A stretch of DNA of 53,903 nt, taken from NCBI GenBank assembly GCA_001275005.1, contig JWZX01002871.1:1-53903 (forward strand), given 5' to 3'. This DNA is from Chrysochromulina tobinii. Lineage: Eukaryota. Made by a program: the position numbers and the translations under genes. Shown here piece by piece: positions 11,412-24,036 of the stretch (positions are counted from its first letter, which is position 1; the number at the start of each line of letters is the position of its first letter). The notes beneath the pieces are model-generated. The model did no database searches. It was not told where the DNA came from and saw nothing but the letters and a program-made list of their open reading frames with translations.

Positions 11412-11828
11412 CGGGCAATCTCCCCCGAGCTCGCGAGCCGTGGGACCTCATGGAGGAGCGGGGGGTGCGGCATTCGGCATTGTCGGTACATTGTCGGGTT
11501 TCGACAGACCGTCGTCCTGACCTTTAAAGATAAACGTTAACGCCACGACGCGCGAGCGCAGAGCTCTGAGCTCAGCGCCGCGTTACCCAGTCCTATAGAG
11601 AACCCAGAGTGACGAACACACATATTCTATTCGTACATTCTAGATGATTCTTTCGCATAGACTCTATACATGCTATAGGCCTCTCTGAGTTCACATCTAT
11701 AGTACTTTCCGCAACGGATACGCGCGTTGTTCATGTACACGAAGTACACTGAGCGTTCATGTACAAGGGAGTGATCATACACAGACGAGATACAAAGATA
11801 CACACATCGCATCGTCCTTCGGTTAAAT

Positions 11829-12060
11829 CTTACGAGGTGTCAGTTCACATGCGTCTGACTGGTACTAGAGATGAGGCCGTGCGGTGTAGTTTGTTGTGAA
11901 CGTGCGCATCATCTGGTGCAGGCAATGGACCTGCACAGCAACCAGGGTTTCAAGCACATGTGGCGGTGAATAGAGCATTCACTGCAGTGCGATGCATCAT
12001 GGGACATGGCCTCAAGCGGTTGGAAACTCCTGACTCGGATAACAACTCATCTTGTATAAG
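11829..12060 (+). ncRNA. Candidate structured RNA of unknown family
   Basis: Seven mutually nested helices found by eye, with G-U pairs that work only on the + strand. No known family motif recognised. Confidence 0.35.
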
Positions 12061-12828
12061 CCACACGTAAACGTTCGGCGTGGTATCGGAATGACGTGAT
12101 CGTCATTGTCGAGGAGCTTGCGTGAAGGGTTTGCGGAGCACAAATCACGAGGCGCGCGGCGGACAATCAGCACGACCCGTGGACCGCTCCATGAAATCTT
12201 GCACACTCGGTTGTTCCGCCCACGCGGATTGAAGAACCGCGCGGCGGAAATATTTCGAAGTGCAGGGCGCGCCCGCGTTCATTGCCCTCTCGCCTCGTAC
12301 CGTCACGTCATCGAAGGAACGAAGGGCACGAAGGGGCGCGTGGCATCTTCACAAAGTTCAAGGATCCCCTTTTGGGACCTTTGACGAGACACGTCTCCCA
12401 AACTTAGCCACATAGCAATTGCTGTCGGGTTTAGTTACCCCCGACACTTCTGCAAACAAACAGGAGGTGCATGCGCAGGCTGTGCACCTCGATTGACAAT
12501 TCCTAAATTGGCTTGATCCTTTCTTGATTCCGCCTCGCGTCGGGCGCGGGCGCGCGGCCGCGAGTGTTCTACGATTTGAGTGGCGTGAGTGGCGTGAGTG
12601 GCGAGATGAGAACGTGCCATGCCATCGTTTTGTACGCGTCGATGTGTTGTGTGAATAAACGTGATTGGAACTATCCTGATGAATGAACTAGAATGAACTC
12701 GCATGCTCGTTCACGTTCACGTTCATTTGCAACCGCGGCGAGATCTGCACACACCCACCAACTCACCAACCGGTCCCGTGGAGACACACCGTGGGAGGCG
12801 CAGACAGTCACGGAACAAACTCACTCGC

Positions 12829-13377
12829 ATGCTAGGAGCCTACTTGCGATTGTTGCAGTCGCACCCGCTGCGGACCAATTCAGCATCCGCCGGCTGCATA
12901 GGTGCGATCGGTGACAGCATAGCGCAGCGCATTGAAGCGAGGGGGCATGAGGGTGCCGACAAGTTTGATATGGTGCGGACGGCGCAAATGTTCGCCTTTT
13001 GCTTCACTTGGATGGGTGCGCCGCAATCCATCTGGTTTGGAGGTTTGGCACGACTATTTCCGGAGGGCACACAATACAAGTTGGGGAAAACTCTCACAGT
13101 GCACCTCGGGCTGATGGCACCGACGACAAATACATTATTCTTTGCTTATCGAGAAGCCATGCGTGATGAGCCGATCAATACCTGGGCATCGCGCTTCAGC
13201 CTGCGCATGCGCCGTGAATTTCCGACGGTGACAGCACGTTCACTGCTCTTCTGGACGCCTGCGCAGACGGTGAACTTCATGCTCGTGCCGCTGCATCTAC
13301 GCCCGCTTTACTTGAACTCGATGATGGTCGTATGGACCACGTACCTCAGCATTGCCGGTCACCGTCGGTATAGCTGA
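12829..13377 (+). CDS. Mpv17/PMP22 family membrane protein
   Basis: YLRLLQSHPLRTN, GDSIAQ, FDMVRT, FWTPAQTVNFMLVPLHLR, WTTYLS. Confidence 0.9.
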   Translation: MLGAYLRLLQSHPLRTNSASAGCIGAIGDSIAQRIEARGHEGADKFDMVRTAQMFAFCFTWMGAPQSIWFGGLARLFPEGTQYKLGKTLTVHLGLMAPTTNTLFFAYREAMRDEPINTWASRFSLRMRREFPTVTARSLLFWTPAQTVNFMLVPLHLRPLYLNSMMVVWTTYLSIAGHRRYS

Positions 13378-13786
13378 AACGCGCGGCACACTGGTGTGAG
13401 CTGTGCGTGTCCGACTGCGTTCCCACGGTGCGTTTTGATCTTAAGGAATACAGATTACTACACGAATTCACATGCCTGAACTCAATATCGTCTATCCCGA
13501 GTTCCCGACCGATCGCGTCTGTCTCGAGACTGAGCGGAGTCCATCGTCATCATTTCATTGTGGTTATAATCCGCTTTAATCCGCTGGGACTTCTCTGACT
13601 ATAGATCACGCCGTCATTGCACATGAGACACGCCGTACGTGCGTCCGAGAGCGGAGTGAGCAATGGCGCGGCAAAGTGACGGTTCGTGGTGCAACGAAAC
13701 TGCGATCTACGGGCCGCGTATCGCGAGTACTCATACCTAATTGGCTAATACGAAAACGCCATGTCGCATGTGCCGTGCCGTGTCGA

Positions 13787-15149
13787 TCACGCGGACATGT
13801 TGATGACGTCTTCCCACACTTCGTGACTCTCAGTCTCTCTCACAGGGCCCTTGGGGGTCATGTAGTAGGCCCCTTGGGTGTCATACAAGATGGTGCGTCC
13901 GTTGGGTCCTTTGGCGCCGCCTGTGCGGGCGGCCTTCTCCTTGTCAGTGAGCGTGCGGCGCGGCGGCGACGGCGTGCTGCCAGGACCAGCCAGCCTTGCC
14001 AGTAAGCTCTCTGTGTCAGTCAGCACGGTCGGCGAGGATGAGAGCGCGAGCGCGGCCCGAGAGTTTGGGGAGTACTCAAGCAAGTAATTGGTCGCCGCCT
14101 GGGTCGGCGAGGGCGCCAACGTGAGCGCTGCCAGGTCGGGCCTCGCTGCCAGGTGGCGTGGCTCGGGCTGAGAGACAAGCCGCTGCAAAGTGGCAAGGTT
14201 CTCCTTTCGATGTGAAGGCTGGTCGATGCGGGGGCTGGTCGCTCTGAGGATCTCCGCTGGAGATCGCGGCCGGCGAGCGTTGGCGTGAAGGGCAGTCGCA
14301 TAGCTGAAGGCCACAGCGCCTTCTATCCACTCATCCTTTGGCGGCGAGTCTCCAAACCCTACCTCCTCGAGCGGGGAGCTCTCCCGCGGTGCGTGCCGGT
14401 TCCACGGGAAGAGTTCCATGCGCATGGGAGTTCTCCAACTCGCCGGCGCCGAGGTCGCCGACGCCGGGCGCCCACTCGCTGGCGGCGTGCGCCCACTCGC
14501 TGGCGGCGTGCGCCCACATGACGGCGCCGTGCGCCCGCTTGCCGGCACCGTGCGTCCGCTCATCGGCGCCGCCGTCACCGCCGCCACCTCAAGGGCACCA
14601 AGGACATCCTCCTCGGCTGCCTGGAGGAAATCGGAAGCTTGACTCAGGATGTTGGACGTCGCGCGAGCGCGAATGGCAAATTTCTCTGGCGACTCCCCCC
14701 ACTTCGGCTTCGACTTTGCTGCCTTGGCACGCATCACCCGCTCTTTCGCCTTGCGCTGCGCCTCCTCAGCCGCCCGCGCCTTAGCGAGCTTCCTCGCCGC
14801 CTCCTTATCGGCACGCAGCCTCCATTCTTCGCTCATCTGCGCCTCCTGTTGCGCTCGCTGTCTCCATTGGTCGAGGAGCTGCTGGTTGAGCTGGTCGAGC
14901 ACCTGCAACCGCTCCAGTCGCGGCGACCCCGGTGGAGAGATGATCTTCACTGCTGCTGGCCGCTCGCGCTCGAGAACGTCATACTCGGCGCTCATACTCG
15001 GCGGCCCTACCTTGCCCGCTGCTGCCCGCTGCAGCCCGTTCACAGCGGCTTGGGCCCGCAGCAGCAGCTCGGCATACTCTTTGCCACTTGCCACCTCGGG
15101 CTCTCCAGAACTGTCTTGAGAGCCAAAGGTCGAGCTCATTATTTCGACG

Positions 15150-15220
<71 letters not shown>

Positions 15221-15262
15221 CTGCTTCTGCTGCTGCTGCTGCTCGTCCTCCTCCTCCTCCTC

Positions 15263-15341
<79 letters not shown>

Positions 15342-16438
15342 CGCTCCTGCTTCGAGTCGGCGCTCGAGTGCCCCCACGTGTGCGCTAACGGCATGAAGAC
15401 TCGCCACGTCCAGCAAGACTCTACCGGTAAGCTCGCCAGCCGTGTCGAGGTGCTTTGGACGACGTCGATGTCGATGTCCGGCAGCTCGGGCAGCGACGGC
15501 ATGGGCAGCAGGCTGGCGCCTAGTAGGAAGGCAAACGGCGGCAAGGGCGAGGGCGCCGCCGCCGCCGTCGCCTGAGACATCGCGCTGCCGGAATACTCCT
15601 TCGAGGTGGCAAACGTTACTTGGGCAGGGCTGCGCGCCTCAAGACGGGCCATCGCCTCGAGAGCGGTGTAACCGACGCCACGAGGCGTCTTGGCGTCGCG
15701 CGGTCTGCCATTTGTCATGCCGTCGAGCGCGCCCGCACTGCGCGCGCGGCTCGGTGATGCCGGCGATGACGACGCCAGTGGCGGCAGCCCAGGCCAACTG
15801 TGAGAGGCGGCGCGCTGCCGTCCCTCCAGGATGAGACCCAAGCTGTCCGCGCCGGCGACGCTCGCGAGATCGGCTTCGGGGGGGAGCGGCGGAAGGCCCA
15901 GCTCAGGCGGCAACGGCGGGAGGGACGGCTCAGGCGGCAGCGGTGGAAGTCCCAGTTCGGGGGGCAGCGGCGGCAGCACCGGCTCGGGCGGCAGCGGCGG
16001 CATCCAGGACGGGCTCGCGGGGGCGGTCGGGGGCGTGACGTCGGAACTCATGCCGGATGGCAGCGGCGGCATCCACGGGGTCTCCGGCGGCAGCGGTGGC
16101 AAACCAAAGGGCGAGCCAGGGGACTGATCCAGCAACATCATCAGCGAGTCGGGCGAAAAGGCCGCCTCACGGCTGCGTATGGTGGAGGGCAGGTTGGCGT
16201 TCGGTCCGTTGCTGTGGCGGAAAGTGCACCGCTCACCGAAGCGGCAGTAGCCCGCAGCCCAGTACTCGCACACCGGCGCGAGAGGCTGCGCATGGTCGAC
16301 CACGCTGGGTACCCTGGCATGAGTGTCAACGCGCAACACGTCCACTGGCCGTGGGAGTTGGGACTTGAGGATGCGCCCGCCCAACGCCGCTGAGATGACC
16401 GTGGGCGACTGCACAGCGGTACCCCCGGCCTGGGTCAT
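13787..16438 (-). CDS. CCCH zinc-finger protein with proline-rich repeats and polyQ tracts
   Basis: CEYWAAGYCRFGERCTFRH (C-x7-C-x5-C-x3-H); LPPLPPE repeats; long single ORF. Internal introns or two fused genes are not excluded. Confidence 0.65.
15150..15339 (-). repeat. (CAG)n-(GAG)n-(CAG)n microsatellite encoding polyQ-polyE-polyQ
   Basis: Two long CTG runs on the + strand separated by CTC repeats. Confidence 0.95.
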
Positions 16439-16728
16439 GCGGCCGGCAGTTCGCCGCGGCAGCGGCTGCAGGCGAACCCCCCCCGCCTTGGGGTCGCTCT
16501 GCCTTTCTGAATCGAGTTTCTCATGGTTTCTTCGCTAGTTCGCGACGAGAAGTTCCACGGAATACTTCTCGAGCTCGATATTTCGAGGTTCTCGAGGTGA
16601 GGTGTGCCCCACGTGGTCGAGTTTGATCCCAAATCGGAAATTCGAGAAAAAACGATCGAAAACGCGCTTTCGCCAGCGCTCCGCTCTCCGCTCTCCGCTC
16701 TCTGGACGGCAACTCGGCTCTCTGAAGG

Positions 16729-17191
16729 ATGCCGGTCACAATGAAGGGCTCCCCCAAAGCGGCCATCGTGCCGGGTTCGGGCCAGGACTGGAACAATACG
16801 CCGCTCGACCGCTTCAACAAGGTAAGCCAGTGTGCCACCTACCTGCGCGGCAATCTGTGTCCCCATCAACCCGCGCTCCGCTCACATGCACATCGCCCCA
16901 TCGCGCGTGTCTCGCCCGCAGTTTAGCATGCAGCCGGTCTCTGCGTGGCCCGTGGGCGACGGCACACTTGGCACCTTCTCCTCGCCGGTCAAGTCCCACC
17001 AGCTCTTTGCCCACCAGCTGCGCGACCTCGGCGAGTTTGGCGTGACAAATTCTACCGCCAGTGACAAACTCGACCTGAAGCATCCCACGTGGAAGACGCC
17101 GGTCGTTCCCGAGATTCCGCTCGTGCGCGTCCCGAAGCGCATGCGCTTGGGGATCGCCGGCGGCGAGCTCGGCCCCGCCTTCGTGCAGTGA
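16729..17191 (+). CDS. Small hypothetical protein, two exons (16729-16821, 16922-17191)
   Basis: Strong donor AAG|GTAAGC at 16822 and acceptor CCCGCAG at 16921 join two ORFs in phase 0. Confidence 0.6.
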
Positions 17192-17706
17192 TCCTCCCGA
17201 TCACTTTTAGAGCTTAGGACATCGAGGACGTCGGCAACGATGCTGTGTCTCTCCACGTGTGCGGGTGCACGCGTGTTGCGTGCATCTGGCTGGCCTCAAT
17301 CTTGCATGTGCGCCACCGCGCGGCGGGGATACGCGCAACGCGTGTCGTGTGACGTGTCCATGCCGCGGCGATCCGGCCCGGGGCCGGGCTGCCGAACCGC
17401 GCACGTCAAACGTGATCTAGCTGAATACGTACCGCTGTTGTCGCACGATTTGTGTCACCTGTGGCCGTGTCAGTCTTAAGTTGAGCATCTAGCGGCCCGG
17501 GGTCACACTAATCTCAGAATGGAGAGGCGAAGACGCCCGCGGCGCCGTTTGCAGATTGCACACAGCGGCGAGTCTCTATGCGCCAGTACGGTCATACATG
17601 CACAGCTCCATGCAAACCCATGCAACTGAGGGGCCCGCCAACGGCCTTTCCGCAAACACGAGGCTACATCGCGAGCAGAAAGCGCACGCACTGCTACGAG
17701 ATCAGC

Positions 17707-18060
17707 TCATTGTAAGCTGCGCTGTGGCACTGGGCTGCGCGAGGCTCTTCGAGGCGCTTCGATTACGATGAAGTCGTGAGCCTCATCGCCGTCCTCGTCA
17801 AACCTGAGCGCGGCCTTTATTTCCCCGAGCGATTGGCAGCCGCCATCACCCTTCGGTGCGTCGCACACCACACTCGCTGACTCTGCTCGCACCTCCTCGA
17901 GCGATGACCGTGTGGGCTTCGCGGCTGCTGCACGATGCCTGCCGTGCTGATGCTGCTGGAACTGCTGCTGATGGCTGTGCTGCTGGTCAGGTGATGTGTC
18001 ACTTACGCTCTCGGGCTCGCCGAAGAGCGCGTCAGCCAGTTTCGTGAAGAGGCGTCTCAT
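17707..18060 (-). CDS. Hypothetical 117-aa protein
   Basis: ATG-started ORF divergent from the kinase, protein-like composition with a Q/H tract. No domain recognised. Confidence 0.35.
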   Translation of the reverse strand: MRRLFTKLADALFGEPESVSDTSPDQQHSHQQQFQQHQHGRHRAAAAKPTRSSLEEVRAESASVVCDAPKGDGGCQSLGEIKAALRFDEDGDEAHDFIVIEAPRRASRSPVPQRSLQ

Positions 18061-18250
18061 GACGCCCGACCTCGTTCACGTCCGACCTGTCGAGCCAGGT
18101 TCTCCGCCAAGGTTCTCACGGCGTTCCACACGGGGGATTGCAAATTTATGCCGTTACGAAACTTAGCTCAAATGCGCAAATGACCTGACCTGACGTGGAG
18201 GGGTGACCGATTGGCGGGAAGAGCTGAGCGCCCGCCCACGCGCGCCAACT

Positions 18251-21200
18251 ATGGGTGGCGACGCGGGTCGATACGAGCGCGTCTCGCTGCTGGGCAAGGG
18301 TGCGACAAGCACTGTTTATCGTGCACGCCGGCTCAGCGACGGCCGTCACTTTGCATATAAGCTCGTCAAACTTACGGGCTTCTCAGAGGTACAGCGTGCA
18401 GAGATCCTCAACGAGGTCGAGTGCATGACGCGCCTGCACCATCCAAACGTGGTGTCGTACGAGGAGTCGTTCGTGCACAGCGATCATCTGCACATTGTCA
18501 TGGAGCTGCTCTCGGGCGGCGACCTGGCCCGCGAGGTTGAGTCGCGGTCAAGTGGCCCCAACGGAGAGCGGCCGCCGGCGTACCTGGATGAGGAGGTGAT
18601 CTGGTCGATCTTGGTGCAGGTGTGCGAAGGGCTCCACCACATGCACTCGGTGCGCGTGCTCCACCGGGACATCAAGGCCGAGAACATCTACTCTGACGGC
18701 CGCGGTGCAGTCAAGATCGGTGACCTTGGCCTCGGGCGGCTGCTGTCGACGCAGTCAACGCATGCACGCACAGGTGTGGGCACGCCGCTCTACTTCTCGC
18801 CCGAGATGTGCGAGGAGCGCCCGTACAACGCCAAGTCGGACGTGTGGGCACTCGGCTGCCTCGTGTACGAGCTGTGCTCGCTGCAACCGCCCTTCCTCGC
18901 CGCCAACCAGCTCGCGCTCGCACGCAAGATTATGACGGCGACGCCAGCGTCCCTCCCGAGCCACTACTCGCGCGAGCTGCAATTCCTCGTGATGAAGATG
19001 CTCGAGAAGGACACACAGCGCCGCCCGACGGCCGCCCAGATCCTCAACTACTCGCCCGTCCGCTCGCGTATTCCGAGCGTCCACGCACGCTGCCCGCAAC
19101 TCAACCACGCTCGGGACGACGCTCGGTCGGCCATCGCGGCTGCTGCGTGCGGCGGGAGCGGTGGCGGCGGGTGCTGCGGCGGCGGGGAGAGCGGCAGAGG
19201 CTCGGCTGGGAGCGCGGCGTCGGAGCTGCACGCGGCTGCGGCGATCTCATGCGACAGCGACAGCCTCATCGAACTCGCGGCTGAAGAGGAGAATGTCGAC
19301 GAGAGCGCTCTCTCCGCTCTCGTGACGCCGCCTCGCTCGCTCAACGCCCCACCCGCTGCCGAGCCCGTGATCGCCGAGGTGATCGCCGAGGTGGCCGCCG
19401 AGGTGGCCGAGATCGTCCGAGATCGTAACGAGATCGGACGAGATCACCACGAGATCGCCCAGCCCGCCGCCGAAGTGGCCGAAGCGGCTGCGGCGCGGGT
19501 GGCTGCAGCGCACGCCGAGGCGGCGCAGAGCACTTGCATGCAAGGGTACCCTCCTCCGACGGAGTACGCGGCCGCGCGCGCTCTCGAGCGGGCGATGCTC
19601 GAGGCAGTGGATGCCACTGCCGCTGAGATGAACCTCGCTGGAATGCCGATGAGGACCCCGGCTCCAAGGGTGAGGCCAGGAGAGGCGTCGCCGCCGGTGA
19701 CGACGATGGTCGAGATGAATGCCCTCCGCAGCGCCAACGGCCGCCTCGACAGCAGCAGCATCGACGACAGTGGCACACACGGCCGGGATGCGCCGAGCAG
19801 CTCATCCTACTCCAACGACAGATCTCGGGACAATCTCGACAGATCTCGGGATGATCTCGGCAGCCCTCCCTACCCCTCCACACCCCAACGGCAGAGCGAG
19901 CGCGCCGTCGAGCCGCGCCACGTCACGCCGCCGCCCGCGTCCCCCGGCGGCTGGTCGTGCGCGAGCGGCGCTGGCGGCGGCGGCGTGGACAGCATGTCGT
20001 CCACGCCGCGACCCGGCAGCGCGACTAGGGTGCGTTGCCGGTGCATGAGCGGAGGGGGCGGCGCTTCGTCAATGGCCCCTGCGGCACAGGCCGGCATGTC
20101 CCCTCGGATCGGGAGTGGTCCCAATGACGGAGGTGCACGGCTGGCACGCGCTGCGCTGCTGCCGAGGGTCGGCGAGGTGGAGGACATTGTCGAGGCCGCT
20201 GAGACTACCTTCGAGGCTGCCGCTGAGGCAGGCGCCATGACGAGCGCACAGGTACCAGCATGCGGAGAGGGGGAGGGTGCGCTCGAGACGGCGCTCGATG
20301 AGGCGACTCCGTCGACGATCATGGTGGCGACGGCAGAGGTGAGCACCCCTCCGGGAAGGGCCGCCGCTGCGACGGACACCACCCCTGGACGCGAGGCGAG
20401 CATTGAGAGACGAGCTGTGAAAGGCGGACTTGTCTCGCCTCCGCCACCCGGCGGCGCGCGCCTCACGACCCCGATGACGGTGGCGGCCACGCCCACCAAC
20501 GGTGACGGTTCGCGCCGGCGCCGCCACCGCCTGACGCTTTCAGTCACAGAGCCCTGCCTGAGCTACGCGAGCCCGCCTGGCGCCGCCACTGGCGGCGCCC
20601 TTGCGGCGGGCAGTGCCGAAGGCGTGTCCGAGACGAGTGCGGCCATGGATGCGCGCGAGCTGCCCGAGGCGGCGCGCGCGCGAGAGAGGCGTACTTTTGA
20701 GGCGGCGGAGCCGAAGTACACGTGGCCCACGCCGCAATCCGTCTTCACACCGCCGCAGCCCATCTTCACGCCGCAGCTCTTCCCCACACCGCCCCGGCCC
20801 ACTGCCCACAGCCAGCCACAGCAGCCGTCCCCTCTTGCGCCCAATGCAGCGCCCAATGCAGCGCCCAGTGGCACCACCATCCCGAGCTGCGCGGCGTCCA
20901 TTTATAGGCGCGCGTCGCACCGGCACAGCGCGCTCCAGATGGAGACGAAGCTTCGCGAGGCGGCGCAGGACGAGGCGGCAGGGCTGCGGGAGCGCGTGGC
21001 GATCCTCGAAGGCCGCTTGGCGCGCTCCGAGCGCGAGCGGCGCCAGGAGGACGCGGCGCACCGCACCGCTGTGGAAGCTCTCCGTGTGGCGCGTGTCGAC
21101 CTCCTCCGTCAGCTGCAGGCCCAGTCGAGCCAGCTCGCCCAACTCACCTCCGAGCGGCTCGCCTTCGAGCACCTCGTGCCCACTCTGGAGGTACGCCTCG

Positions 21201-22657
21201 AAGAGACCCTCGACTCCGTTGCGGAGCTCAGCAAGGCGCTCAGCAAGGCGCTCGAGCGGTGCGCCGAGCCAGGCGCCGAGCCGGGCGCTGAACCGGGCGC
21301 CCGGGCAGGCGCCCGGGCAGGCATGGACTGGTCGCCAACGCGCCAGTGGCACGTCAACGTGCCCATGCCCGCGATTGGCATGGTCGATCCGCCTGAGAGG
21401 CAGCGGGCAGACACGGCCCGCGCAACGACCGCCGACGCAGCAACGACCGCCGACGCAGCAGCGACGGCCGACGCAACATCGATGCCACCCCGGCGCGAGT
21501 TTCCATCGTCCCTCTCGCAGCGCATGGGCTCGCTGAGCTCGTCTCTGAGCTCGAGCTCTCGAAGCAACGATGGGCTCGACGGTCAGAGAGCGCTCGGCAC
21601 AGCGCTCGGCGGCGCGGGCGGCGGCGCGCTACTGCACGTCGAGGCTGCCGAGGTGCGTCACTCGCATCATGCAAGCCACACGCACCCCTCCACCGGCTCT
21701 TTAGACGCTCCCGAGGTCGCTCCTCCGGTCGCTGGCGAGGCGACCCCAACGGCCACGTCGTCAGCTGTGGCCGTTGAGGCGACCCCAACGGCCACGTCAT
21801 CAGCTGTGGCCGGCGCCCAGGTACCGCAGCCAGCTCCGCCAGCCGTCGCTGTTCACACCGGAGCCAGAGCGGTTCACACCGCCCCGATAGCCGTCGAGCC
21901 GTTACCTATCGCGCCACCGCTGGCGCCGCTCCTTCCAGAGCTGTTCACACCGTTCCGCTTCACGCTGCCTCCCGCGTGCCCGTCGCCAACGGCAGCCTCG
22001 CGCTCGGGTTCTTCCCTCGCAGGCCGCCAGTGCGCGGCGGCCTGCCCGATCGGCAGCCGACCGCCCTCATCCTTGGGCCTCACAACGAACGGCAGCCGGC
22101 CGCCCTCTTCGCTCGGTTGCCATGTCGACTCGCTTGGCTTGCTATCCGATCCGATCCCGTGCACGCCGCCACTCGGGTCGACCGGCGAATGCCCAGGCAC
22201 GAGCGCCGCCTCGAGCGCCTCTCGGCTTGGCTCTCCTCTGACGCTCTCGCCGCCGACGCTCTCGCCCCTCACCCTCTCACCGCGCGCAGCCTCGCCGCCG
22301 CTGTTCACACCGGAGCAAGAGCCTCATGAACAGACGGAGGCGGAAGCGGCGTACCGCTTCACGCGGCGCGAAGACGCCTTTGCAAAGCGCGACCTGCTGC
22401 CTCGAGACGACCTGCCGGACGCCATCGCCGCCGCCGCCGCTGCCACCAAGGCTGCCGCCGCGGCCAAGATTGAAGCTGCCAAGGCCGCCTTCCTGCGCCC
22501 GGCACAGCGCCCGTCCGCCATCCCCGTGCCCGGTCGCCGCGCGGCGTCGGTGCCGGCGTCGCCCGCCGCTGTGCACTCTCCTTCACCCACCCATGCCTCC
22601 ATCTGCGGCGAAAGCCTCTTCAATACAGGCTCGCTCCTCTCCTCGCCACGCCAGCAA

Positions 22658-22694
<37 letters not shown>

Positions 22695-23998
22695 ACAACA
22701 ACAACAACAACGCCAACGCCGCCAACGCCGAAGGCGCCGCCGCCGCCGATGGCGTCGGCACGGGCGGCGGCGGCGATGCAAGGTCTCGCGAACGCCATTC
22801 CAACGCACCGGCGACCGATCGCAGCGCCGGCACGCCGGCGGAGGAGCGTGGCGGAAGCGAGCTCCGACGGTCACACGGCCAGCAGCAGCTACGAGCGCTT
22901 CGCCGCTCGTCACAGCGTCACGATCCACACCGTCGCTCGCCGCCGCGCCGTCGTGGCGGTGCCAACTCGGCGCCTTCCACGCCCTCCAGGGCCTTTCCCG
23001 CCTCACCCGCCGGAGTTCACCAGGCGGCGTCCGCCACCGCCACTGCCGCCGCCGCCGCCGCCGCCGCTGCCGCGTTGCCCTCCTGGCTCTCCGCCGGCCG
23101 GCCGCTCGCCCCTGGCATGCCTCCGTCGGAAGGTGCCGATGTGGAAATGACGACGCTGCGAGGCTCACGCGACTTCCGCGCGCTGCTGCCGGTGGTGCGA
23201 GCCGCGGCGCTGCTGCTGCCCCCGCTCGCGCTGCCCGAGGGCCACGAGGCATTCCACCTGCTCTACGCCTGGCGGCGTCAAGGGCTGCGCCTGCCCACGC
23301 AGTTGCAGCCACCACCCAACCACGCCGCCGAGGCTGGTCTCAATTGGCTCAACACGGCGCCAGGATGGGTCAATCGGCAGCGCGTGCAGTTGCTGCAGGG
23401 CGCGTCGTCGCTCCTCATCCTCTATCGTGCTAGCGGCGTCGGCGTTGGCGTCGGCGTCGGCGGCGTCGGCAGCGTTGGCGTCGGCGGGGACGGCGGCGTA
23501 GGCGGCGCTGCCGATCGCGCTCGCGACGGCGCTCGCATCGGCGACCCGACGGTGCCGATGGTGCGCGTGCTTCGTGTGCGCTTCCGTCACGAAGCTACCT
23601 TCCGCCGGCTCAAGCTGCCCGAGCCGCTGCCGCTCCCATCCTCGGGGTGGCGCTCCAAGCCGAGTGAGTGGCACGTCATCAGCCTTGCGCATCCGCTCAC
23701 GCGACACCGCGAGATCGTCGAGCTCGGGCTTGAGTTTGACGAACCGCAGCACATTGAAGAGCTGCTCGCCATTCACTCCTCCGCCGCGCTGCTACGCGCC
23801 ACCATCCTGCACGCACGCTCGTCGGCCCGCGCCGCCGCCGCGGGCGGCGACGCCGGGGGTGCTGGCGGCGCGGCGCGTAGCAGCGCGGCGAGCGGCGTTG
23901 CGATGAGCCTCTCGGCTTCGTCAATCTCGGCTTCGTCCATCTACGGAGGCGAAAGCCTCTTCAATACAGGCTCGCTGCTCTCCTCGCCACGCCAGCAA

Positions 23999-24036
<38 letters not shown>

